Source: Raja brachyura
Lineage: Eukaryota
Direction: 5' to 3'
Assembly: GCA_963514005.1 (NCBI GenBank)
Contig: OY740814.1
Span: forward strand, 12,276,001-12,340,000
Length of the DNA stretch: 64,000 bases
Shown: one piece after another, positions 41,101 through 53,100 of the stretch
Position numbering within the stretch: the first letter of the stretch is position 1
Layout: every line of letters starts with the position of its first letter
Program-made: the position numbers and the translations under genes
The notes under the pieces: generated by a model
The model's database searches: none
Seen by the model: the letters and a program-made list of their open reading frames with translations, nothing else
Told to the model about the DNA's origin: nothing

Positions 41101-44100
41101 TAGTTTGTTGAGGATTGGAGTGTTGAGGTGAAAGGTTTGTCAATAGACGAGGGTGACTTTAAAAAAAAAAAAAAAAAAAAAATCTAAATAAATGTTTTCA
41201 CTTGGCATTAGATTTCTGTTTCTGGGGCTTTGACAGTGTAAGTTCGAGATACAGCATGAAACGTGCCCTGCAGCTCACCAATCCAGTGATCGCCGCACCC
41301 TTACACTATCCTACACACGCTAGGGACAATTTACATTTTTGCCAAGTCTATTAGCCTACAAACCTTGTACGTCTTTGGAGTGTGGGAGGAAACCAGAGAT
41401 CCTAGAGAAATCTGTAAGGCAGTAATGCTACTGCTGCACCAGTGGTTATTTGACTTCAGCATTTGAGCAGGAAGAAGGGGCCTGACGCGACACATGATCT
41501 CTCCCTGTTCTCCAGGGATGCTGAATTACTCTAGCACTTTGTCTTTTTTTCCCATGAACTAGTATCTACAGTTCATTGTTTCTACAAGAGAGGTTACATT
41601 TCTGCCTGGCATTGTGTGGCCATATTGGGAGCATTACTGAAGACAAATAGGTTCAGTGTTTAGCTATGCATTGATCAGTGAATTACTGGTCAATGGCAAC
41701 CAGCTATTCAGCATTCAGTAGCTGCTGAAAAAGTCACAAAAATCGGAACCAATGGTTCAGGCACAGACATTGGGTGGGCCAGCAGTTGTGAAAACACATT
41801 TTCACACTCGTACCCGACAAAGCCTCCCGTTGGTTTCCGTTCCAGCTCCTGAAACCCCTGGTTCTTACCGACATCAGTGGGTGCCAGCCTTTCTCCACCC
41901 AAATTAGCTGCTCCCCATTTGGCAGCAGGGACAGTGAAGTGTGAGGTCAAAGAGGTCAGACCTGTTCTCTGTCCAACATTAACATATCTGAACTATCAAA
42001 CACAAGTCAATGAGTGATTATCAGTAATGGAAGCTCTGCCCAGTGTTTATGGTTTTCCCTTCTGCTCCCACTGCCTCCTCACCCCACCCCAAAAAAACTG
42101 CCCTTCGCCAAACCAAGATGCGTGTTGCGCAATTTCAGAATTCAAACTTTTGCTCTGGCTAACGTCAGGGACTTGCTGTGAAAAAAACATTAGAGGCATG
42201 CGTTTTGCATTCCTTTCAGAACCTCTCAAAGCTTCTCACAGCTAGTGAAATATTTGTTTGATGTGTGGTCATGGTTGTAGTGGAGAAAACATTGCAGCCT
42301 GCTTGTGCGTGACTTGTGCTGGGAATAAAAACTAAAGCTGGTGAATTTGTATTGCTTGCCGTATCTCTGATGGCATATTTCACACAACTAGTGTGAGGAT
42401 GAAGCAGAACCTGGATTTTTCCTTTTTAAAAAAAATGCTTGCACTTTCTCTGTCACTCCCGATCATCGAAAATATAATGTAGTGAGGTATAACCCTATAC
42501 AACAGTACTATTTTATGGCCAATAATATACTGTGTTTCATTTAATATGCTTTTTCAAGGAAATATCTGTAAGGTAAATCTTCAAGGGCAGCACAGTCGCA
42601 CAACAGTAGAACTACTGCTTGACAGCGCCAGTGACCTGAGTTTGGTGCTATCTGTACAGAGTTTGGACAATCTCCCTTTGACCACATTTTCTCCGGTTTC
42701 TCCCCCCCCCCCCCCCCCCCCCCCCCCAACACTCTAAAGATGTACAGGCTGGTAGGTTAATTGGCTTTAGTAAAATTGTCCGTAGTGCATCGGGAAGTGC
42801 TTGTGTACGGGGTGATCCCTAGTTGGCATGGACTCAGTGGGCCGAAGGGTCTGTTTCTGCGCTGTATGTCTAAAGTAAACAAAAGTAAAGAAATTATTAG
42901 CCAGCACATTCAGTGAATCATTTCTCCGAGTTTCTACATCTGTCGCATTTGTTCCATTAACGAGGACTTCCTCTATAATTCTCCCCTCCCCTTCCTCCCT
43001 GCACATCTGTTCTGACCCACCTTTCGCCAGATAGACACAAAAGGCTGGAGTAACTAAGCGGGCCAGACAACCTCTCCGGTGAATAGGTGATATTTCGGGT
43101 TGAGGAAGAAGGGTCTCGACCCAAAACATCACCTATCCATTCCTTTTCTCCAGAGATGCTGTCTGATCCGCTGAGTTACTCCTGCTTTTTGTGTCCATCT
43201 TCCATTTAAACCAGCATCCGCAGTTCCATCCTACACCTTTCTCCCAGCACAGTACATGCAGTTTCTTGGGCCCGCACCCCACCAGCTTTCTCATTCTGTG
43301 TTCTACCAATTACAATTTCCATCGACTCCACCATGACCGCACCACGGAAAACAAACTGTTGGAGGAACAGTAGAACCAGCACTTGGTCTCTCCCATGTAG
43401 ATGAGGCCACATTGGGAGCACTGAGTGTGGTGGAGGAGTTGCATGGGATTGTTCATCTCTACTGGAAGGATATTTAGGTCCTTGGATGATGGTGAGGGAG
43501 GAGGTGTGCGACCCGGTGTTGCCCATCCTATGGTTGCAGGGAAATATGCCATGGGGCAGGGAACGGTGGGTGGGGAGGGATGAATGGACCGTAGGGAGTG
43601 TCACATAGGGAGTAGTCCCTGCAGAGAGGGGTGGTGATGGGACAATGTGATATTGGGATCCCGATGCAGACAGCAGCTTTTTTCCCCATTGTTTCCAGCT
43701 ATCTCCCACCAGCCCCCGTCTCAAATCTACAAATCTTCCCTCCCCCACCTGGCACCATCAGTCCCCACATCGGCTGATTCTGCCTGCACCTGTCACACCC
43801 CCGTCTCACCCCTTCCTTCCATCCCTTTTTACTGACTACCGCCCCTTTGCACTGTGTCCTAATTCGGGGCCTTGAAGAACCTTACAGATATTTCCTTGAA
43901 AAAGCATATTAAATGAAACATCACCAATTCCTTCAACTCGGACACAAAGTACAAGAGTACCTCAATGGGACATATAATGCTGGAGCAAAAACACTATCTG
44001 CAGTTCCTTGTTTCTTCCTTCCCTCCCTTCAACTCCCCAGAGGCTGCCTGACCCCTGTCGTAGTTTGATCTTTGTTCTAGATTCTAATGTCTGTGGTCTC

Positions 44101-47100
44101 CCCTTCCTGCATTTCACACGGATTGCTGTCTTCATGATTCCCTGGTCCATTCTACCATCCTAAACCATCATTACTCTTCCCATGGCACCTTCCATGCAAC
44201 TGGATACGATGCAACATACAGTGCCCTAAATAAATGATGGGTCTTTGTCCCAAACATTATGGAGGCCACTGTATGTCCATTCACCTCTTCCCTTCCATTT
44301 GAGGCAGCAATTCACTTTTACTTCCAATCCAGTCACAGCATTTGTTGTTCACAATGGGGTCTCCTCTACGCTAGAGAAACCAGACACAGATTGCATGATC
44401 ACTTTACAAGGCCCCTGTACTCAGTCCACAGGGGTGATCAAACTTCCTGTTGCAAGTCACTTTAAATCTCAATCTTACGCCCATTTTGACCTATCTGTCT
44501 GCTGCCTCCTCCACAACCAAAGTAAACTAGAACAACATCTTATCTTCTGTCTGGAGACTTAGCAGCCGTCTGGCAATGAACAATGAATTTACCAGCTACT
44601 CCTAAATCTTATCATTTTCCTTTCTCACCTCGTTTCTATAAAGTGCCTCCCTGATAGTTTTATAATAGAATTATTTCTCCTTATCTGATCTATTGTCCCT
44701 TGTAATGTTTTGTCTGACATCTCACCCCTACCCCAGCTCTGCTTTGAAAACAAACACCCCTTCACTCTCCCACCCCAGTTCCTGACCTTTAATGTTGACT
44801 GGTTTCTCTTTCCACAGATGCTGCTTGACTGGCTGAGTTCTTCCAGCATTTGGTTTTATTTCAGATTCCAACACCAGCAGTTTTATTTGTTTTCCCATTC
44901 AGTGATTATGCCAATTGATTGTTCTTGCCTTTGGATTAAGCCACAAATGTCACAGGTTTAAACCCCAACAGTAAACTTTTCACACTTTGTTAAAGTAGAT
45001 TTGTTACATTGGTTTGCAAACCTAAATCTTATCCTCACACTCTCCCCTTCATTTCCTTGCTCTCTTTAAAACCGTGCCCTGATATAATCTCAACGTGGTA
45101 ACTGTTACCCTCCATTATTTTCCACTGGCTGTTTTTCGTGGGTTGGTGGAACCATCTTATTCAGGACAAGGCAGCACCATTTAGAAAGTAATATAATAGT
45201 TTATAACAAAGCTCCGTCCATGAATGAGCAGCTGGCTACCTGGATCATGCCAAGTGGTGTACTTTGTAAAATGGAATATGGCAATATAGTCCTCATTTAA
45301 AAAAAAAAATTGTTGATGAAGAAGACTTGAGAGATGCAAGGATTGACTAGCATATCTACATTGGTTTACAAGTAGATGTAGCCAAAGAAAGGACCTGAGA
45401 TTCTAGGGTTCATATTTCAATTGAGTAAATAAAGAGCTGGTAGAGGTTCTTGCAAAGAATAAAGGATATTATTTCAAGCCCCAGTTGAGGATGGTGTACA
45501 GTTTGAGGATCCGGCATGAAAAGAAGAATGGCGCTGGGGGAAAGATGCACTTTGGAAGCGGTTGAGAAAGAAGCTAATGAAAGATGATTTCCACTGGTCA
45601 TAGTCAGTAAGAAGTAGGCATAATGTAAGACTGACTCCGGAAGCCTAAAAATAATGATAGACTTAAAAAACATTGAATATATTACAACATGGCTATTGAA
45701 GGGATTTTAAATTGGCTTGTTTGAGCAGGAGCTGGATAAATTAAAGATGCAACTAAAGCCACAGGTGTTAATTAAGTTGGAGCGGTTAATATGGTGTTGA
45801 GTTGGCAGTAGCTTGGGTCAAAACCGTTTCATCTTATATTTCTATCCTATTAATATTTCCACTCTAATTTGCATTAATTTGTTTGGGAAGAGTTCAACAG
45901 TGGATAGATAATGTGATCCAATGACTTGTGTGAATCTATTCAAGTTGTCGTTAAAAGCTAGTGGCCCCTGAGGCTTCTTGTACAAAATGTACAAGCAATT
46001 AAAATTTGCCCTGCTGCATTGATGCCTTAGATTGCATCTGGGCAATTCAAATCATGTATAAGATTGTGTCTCACGAACTGTGACATGCATTAAAATATTA
46101 AAGACTCTTTAAAAATCCTTTGAGACGATGCCTCATTAGTTTGAGAGATTCAGCATGCTCCAATGACGTCTCTGAGGAGTGTAGAAGCATGTGGGTTAAT
46201 TCTGCATTTCTCAAACCTGCTACTTAAATGCTGGTGAGCACAGTGTTTATAACCCTATTATGCTGCTGCATGTGAAAATGTCATTGTCCAGTTTTTGTAC
46301 GTAGACCAGTAAACATGCTTGACTCTTGAATGAACATATAGAAATATCCTGTGATGGCTTTTGGATATAATGGTAGAAGTTTATTGTTTTTATTATATAC
46401 ATAAAATAAAATTCTTAGTGCTATCCATTGCCAATGCTTGAGCTGTATACACTTACTGAACATGTCGACATGTTGGTGACATGCGCCGAGTTGGGGAATG
46501 TAGTGTTTGCACTGGTAGTAGCAAATTTCTGTAACTTCTGTTGGAAAGATCAAGAGAGTCATTTGTGACAGATTTATTCTTGGTTACAGTACATCAATAA
46601 CACAATGCCTTGCAGAGATCGGTTGTGGCCACTTGGCTCTGGAAACAACTTGCCACCTTGCTGATGATTAAGGTCTGAAGGAATTATAATATCCATGCCA
46701 ATAGAATAAGGCAGTTCTTCAATCTTAATAAACCAATACCAGTATATAACTGCGAAATAATTTAAAATTGAAATGTTTAAAAATGTTTTACCACGGGATG
46801 GTGAATCTTGAAATTCTTTACCATGGCAGGTAGTGGAAGCTGCATCATTAGATGTATTTGAAGTAGAGATGGATAAATATTTGATAGATCGAGGACTGGA
46901 GGGCTGTGGCGAACTGACACGTGAGGAATTTAGTTTAGTTCAGAGATACAGTGTGGACACAGGCCCTTCGACCCACCGCGTCCATGCCGACCGCACATTA
47001 ACGCTATCCTACACCCACTAGGTACAATTTTTACATTTACCAAGCCAATTAACCTACAAACCTGTACGTCTTTGGAACGTGGGAGGAAACCGAAGATCTC

Positions 47101-50100
47101 GGAGAAAGCCCACACAGGTCATGGAGAGAACACAATCTCTGTACAGACAGCACCTGTGGTTGGGATCGAACCTGGGTCTCCGCCGCTGCATTCGCTGTAA
47201 GGCAGCAACTCTACCGCTGAGCCACCATGACCGGCCTAATTGAGGACTGCAAAGATCAGCCATGATGATATTAAATGGTGGCATAGGTTTGAAGGACCTG
47301 ACGACTTGCTCCTGTCGTGTGTCCTTGTGTTCGCTGCCCAATGGATTTATGGTCAAAGATATTTTTCTGCATAAAATGTTCTACGTAGGCCAAGTGTACA
47401 GCAAAGTCCAACTACGGTACTCTGAGGTTCTGTCCCTATTCCATCCACATTTTCCCATTTATCAATTGTCCTTTACCACTGTGCAGTTTGAAATGACTTT
47501 ATAACCTTTGAGTCCTGCATCTCATTTTGGCTGCACTCTTTGACAACATGTGCCACTTATATGGGAACTGTACTTTGTTCTGACAATTGCTGTTTCACTC
47601 CCTCAAACTCTTCATTTATGTGTTTGGAATTCAAGGGCTTGGTCAAGCAAATTCAAACCTCTAACCAGGTAACTTCACCAATAAAGCTTTAGTACCATTT
47701 CACGTTTCTTTCATTTCAATGTTTGTACTCATTGAGCTGATCCAACATCACTGAAGACGATCTGTAAAGTATTCTCTGTGAAGTGAATACCAAACTGCAC
47801 ATTTCCAACTGTACTTGTTTTACTCTAACAAGCCCTTCATACTGAAACACAATACAAATTCCACTAGCTATTTGGTACTTCCCCTTAAAATAAATTTATG
47901 TTGGAGCACTTGAACCCATTGCATGTAACGTTCATTCCTTTGAAAGTGTCAGCTGTGGTATTAAAATTTAAAAAAAGAAATAAGGGGACAGAAGAACAAC
48001 TCGAGCAAGAGTTAACACAAGTTATTTCAATCTTGGTGGGGACACCAATAGTGCAGCAATAATTCTGTGGTTGTCTGTTATTTTAAGGTAAATATTTCCA
48101 TTGTTAGATGGTGCATAATAAATTATGGTCTGCAGTGGATCTCCTGATAAGTGGTGGCTCTCAGCTTTTATGGGGATTATTTAAACGCACTAGAAGTGTT
48201 CTGCGTCGGAGCCTCCTGTAGGTTATCTAGTTACAAGAAACCATTAAAACTGCAAAAGATGTGCTTTTGTTTTAGATGATCCATTAACAGCAGCAGCAAA
48301 AATAATGCTGTGAAATAGGAGCTCCACCATCCAGGGAGGAAGTGACTGGCTTTGCCAGATTTTGTTTTTATTTTTGTAGGTCTTTTCACTGATGCATTCT
48401 TAAACAATTGTTTGGAACATCTTAAAGTAGAGGATTTTCATTGAACGCTGGAATTAAAATTATAGTGAAGATGCTTCTGCTAATATTCTATTTTAACTGA
48501 ATATTATTCTTGCACATAATGATATGTTGATAGGCAATTTTGTTTTTGTGTATAACCAATCCACTTCATGTGCCAATAACAATCCTTAAATAATCCGATG
48601 ATTTGCTCTGAAAGCTAAGTACAAGTACTTTGCATTATGGAATCTATAATTTGTCAATGTAATTATTTAATCTTTTCACTAAAAGGAATTTGCACAGGCC
48701 TTCAGCTTTTCCTAACATGTGCCCTCTCTGAGACCTTTGGAGTCCATATGTCAAAAGAAAAACAAAGTTTTGTCTGCTCGAAGGCCATGTAAGAGTGAGC
48801 TGCCAAATGATGCATTCCCCAATTTTTCTTTCCTTGCACAATGGGAATGAATCTGCTCTTCTTGCCTTGTGGAAACGTGTATTGATCATTAATTATCTTA
48901 TTCACATTTTGCAAAATTGTAACTGTAAACCTTTGGAATGGGCAAATTAGAATGACAAATAGTTTCAGAAGTTACTCATTTAACACACAATGATCCGGCC
49001 TTTCCTAATTGTTCTACATCTGATTACTAATAGATATATCATAGAAATCTGTTCAAGATTACTTTGGGGGATGGAGCTGAGCCACACAGACTATATTGTT
49101 GACTTATCTTGAATGATAGTGGAGTGATGGTGTGGAGGGAGGGGTTGGCTACAATTATCTTGAGTGCCTCTGGCCAGGCAGTGACAAAACCCCATCTAGT
49201 TTTGTGCTCTAGATTGCTATCTAGTTTCACTCTACACCTCCATCCCCCACCAGGATGGTCTCAAAGCCCTCCGGTACTTCCTCGACCAGAAGAGCAACCC
49301 ATACCCATCCACTGACACCCTCCTCCGCCTAGCGGAGTTGGTCCTTACCCTAAACAACTTCTCTTTTGACTCCTCCCATTTCCTCCAAACACAAGGCGTA
49401 GCTATGGGCACACGCATGGGCCCTAGCTACGCCTGCCTCTTTGTCGGGTACGTCGAACAATCTTTGTTCTCGGCGTACCAGGGCCCCACCCCCGACCTTT
49501 ACCTCCGTTACATTGACGACTGCTTTGGTGTCACCTCCTGCACCCACGCAGAACTGACTGACTTTATCCATTTCACCACCAACTTCCATCCGGCACTCAA
49601 ATATACTTGGACCATTTCCGACATTTCCCTACCATTCCTTGACCTCACCATCTCTATTGCAGGTGACACACTCCTGACTGACATCCACTACAAACCAACT
49701 GACTCCCACAGCTACCTGGACTACTCTTCCTCCCACCCTGCTTCCTGTAAGGACTCCATCCCCTATTCCCAATTCCTCCGACTACGCCGCATCTGCTCCC
49801 AGGATGACGTGTTCCACACCAGGTCATCGCAAATGTCCTCGTTCTTCAGAGAACGGGGTTTCCCCTCCCCCACTATCGATGAGGCTCGCACCAGGGTCTC
49901 CTCCATACCCCGCAACACTGCCCTCTCTCCCCATTCCCCCACTCACAACAAGGGCCGAGTCCCCCTGGTCCTCACCTTTCACCCCACCAGCCAGCGCATA
50001 CAACAGATAGTCCTCCGCCAGTTTCGCCACCTCCAACGTGACCCCTCCACTCGCCACATCTTCCCATCTCCCCCCCTGTCTGCCTTCCGCAAAGACCGCT

Positions 50101-53100
50101 CCCTCCGCAACTCTCTCGTCAATTCTTCCCTTCCCTCCCGCTCCACTCCTTCCCCGGGCACTTTCCCTTGCAACCGCAAGAGATGCTACACTTGTCCCTT
50201 CACCTCCCCCATCCACTCCTTTCAGGGACCCAAGCAGTCATTCCAAGTCCGACAGAGGTTCACCTGCACCTCCTCCAACCTCGTCTACTGCATCCGTTGC
50301 TCCAGATGCCAGCTAATCTACATCGGTGAGACCAAGCGGAGGCTAGGCGATCGTTTCGCCGAACACCTCCGCTCGGTCCGCAATAACCAACCCGACCTCC
50401 CGGTGGCTCAGCACTTCAACTCCCCCTCCCACTCCGTATCCGACCTCTCGGTCCTGGGCCTCCTCCATGGCCAGAGTGAACAACACCGCAAGTTTGAGGA
50501 ACAACATCTCATATTCCGCTTGGGGAGTTTGCATCCTCTGGGCTTAAACATTGAATTTTCTCAATTCTGTTAACCCAGACTGCTCCCTTCCCCCCCCCCC
50601 CCCCCCACCTCTCCCTCAGCCCTCGGGCCCTGACATTCCTTCTCCATCTCCCCCCCCCCCCCCCCCCAAGTCGCACTAGCTTCTCATTTTCACACCAGAA
50701 ACAGCTTACAATGGCATGCTTCCCTTATCACCAATACTTTTTTGCATATCTTTAACTCATTGTTCTTGCTTTATCTCTCCATATCACTGTTTATATCTCT
50801 CGTTTCCCTGATCCCTGACCAGTCTGAAGAAGGGTCTCGACCCGAAACGTCGCCTATCTCCTTCGCTCCTTAGATGCTGCTGCACCCGCTGAGTTTCTCC
50901 AGCTTTTTGTGTAACCCTGCTATCTAGTGACCTCTGCTGGAAAGTTTTCATTCACTGGTATTCTTATGAACACGTTCCCTACATCTCTCTTTGCGCTGAG
51001 CTGCCAGAACAGTGTTAGAACTGCAAGACTATTGCATTTTGAAAGAGAAAGGGTAAAGTTATGCTTTGGTTGAAGAATGGAGTGCAGAAGATTTTTTTAT
51101 TACTTACATAATCCATTTCTGGCTTAATTTGTTTTACAACAGCTGTACCTAAAAAAAAACATGAACATAACCATACAATACTTGCTAAATTGATTCATTT
51201 GAATACTTGAAATATATTTGAGAAAATCGGGGCTTGGTTTTTACTGACCTCATTTGGTTAATAAGGTTGACTCTTTTGTGTTTGTGGTCACTTAATGAGA
51301 CTATTCATTTTGAATTTCCTGTAAGGTATTTTGGTAATATTGTGGTAACTTTAATTCGTACAGATTTCATTGCATGGAGCAAGAAGGCAATCAAAATGCC
51401 CAAAAATGTTGCATTGCTGTTTTAGATAAGAAAATCTTAACCCTTATAATACTGTAGAGTGATGAATTGGTTGCATTTACAAAGAGAGGCCCCCTGTGTT
51501 AAGATGCATTGTGTAAACCATTGCTGTAAGCAATATCTCTCACTGAGGAAGGGCAATTCTATGTTGACATTAGACCTTTGCTTGTCTCCATTTAATGGAA
51601 CGATGACCGATTCAGGATAACCACTCAGCAGGCCAGCAGACATTTTAAGCTACTTGACAGTATGATAAATGGTTAGTGTGGTCTTCCTCTGGCATTCAAC
51701 AGGTCAGCAGGGGTCCCATGTAGATAAGTCGTTTTGTAAAAGGATCCTTAAACCAGTTACCACGGGCTTTTATTTTGTGCTTTATTTTGTACTTTCTCCA
51801 GAAGAATGCTTACTGAAAATCATAGATAAGTGTACACAACCTTAAAAAAAAAAGTTTATTCTTAGTTTGATGTTGATTGCTGCGAATAGTAATTGGTTTT
51901 GTTTTATTTTTAAATAAGTTGGCTTTCTTCAGAATCCAAAAAGCCCTCAACAGTGTATTATGATTGGAAAAGGATTATTTACAGAAATATCTGACAGAAT
52001 ATTTCTGGGACAAACCGATTCCATCAAGACCAAAAATTCTGCCTTTTTTTGCTGCAATAAGTGGTATGTCTCATATCAGCAATGATAATGGAAGAGACAC
52101 CAGTGCTGATGTGATCACACATTGTCACATTAGCTAGCAGGCATCCATGGAGCTGCTAATAACTGACACCAATTTGTACCTTCAAATGCGGTCTTTGAAT
52201 TTGCATCCACTTATTTTTTCAATTGAATAATTTGACTGGGATTACAAATTGGATGCATAGTGAAGTTAGCATTTATGTGGAAGGGGGGAAGGAAAATGGT
52301 GGGCATTGTTTTGTAGCGGGCGCACCACTGATGATGGGATGTGTTGAGGATGCTGACAGTGAAGATGTGGAGAGTGGGTGATTGAGAATGTTACGGAGAG
52401 GAAGATGAGCAACTCACCTGCTCCATCGATGTCCGAGGTAGGGCTGGGCCTTTTAGCTAACACCTAAACGGGTCGTGTGCAAATTTCCTTGATGCACCAT
52501 CTCCCCTGGCAGTGGGAATGAGAGAAGCCATCAAGAACCCCTTGGCCAGCCCCAATTTCTTAATAGGGTTGACCCATGATGTCATCAAGTGTTTATGGGG
52601 GTGGGGGAAGGTTACTTAGATAACCAAATGTTAAACAAATGGGTCTTTCATTCAGAAAGATTACGAACCCATTGGTTTTAGTATTGTTTGAACTGTTTGA
52701 ATTGTTTTTTTTACACACTTGCATCAGCTTGAAATATTTCAAGAATCATGATATTCTTGACAAACTGTGAAGTTGATGCATTCTGCATTTACAGCAAAAA
52801 TACTGGTAAAGATAGCCCATAGCCCACAGTAACTGCCCATAGCCCACAGTAACTGCAAGTCCAAAACAATGAGGGATATTGTACACTGAATTGGGATTTA
52901 GTATCAGTAGAAGGAAATTTTCAATACTAGGACATGAAAAACATAAATCAGTAGTTGTTTGCTCTGGGAGGATGCTATTGAAATTTTATATTTTGGGTAG
53001 ACAATGCTGGAGAAACTCAGCGGGTGAGGCAGCATCTATGGAGTGAAGGAAATAGGCAACGTTTCGGGTCAAAACCCTCCTTCAGACTGTGATTGATTTA

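Larger units (their letters stand above)
49226..50917 (+). mobile_element. Penelope-like retroelement (Neptune-type), 5'-truncated, young
   Basis: 11-bp TSD TGCTATCTAGT at 49215-49225 and 50918-50928; intact RT-EN frame; 3' UTR ending TTTTTGTGTAACCC; CpG-rich relative to its flanks. Confidence 0.92.

Noticed and set aside
42702-42727. Long poly-C/poly-G runs (also near 5015, 50590, 50650, 57455 and 57745) and poly-A at 41161
   Set aside because: Homopolymer expansions, mostly inside repeats; lengths are error-prone and nothing supports a function.
49350-50534. Overlapping antisense and alternative-frame ORFs in the Penelope element
   Set aside because: Shadow ORFs caused by C-rich codon bias.
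52816-52857. 20-bp tandem duplication GCCCATAGCCCACAGTAACT x2 (similar small duplications near 13865 and 26100)
   Set aside because: Ordinary slippage-type duplications with no further structure.
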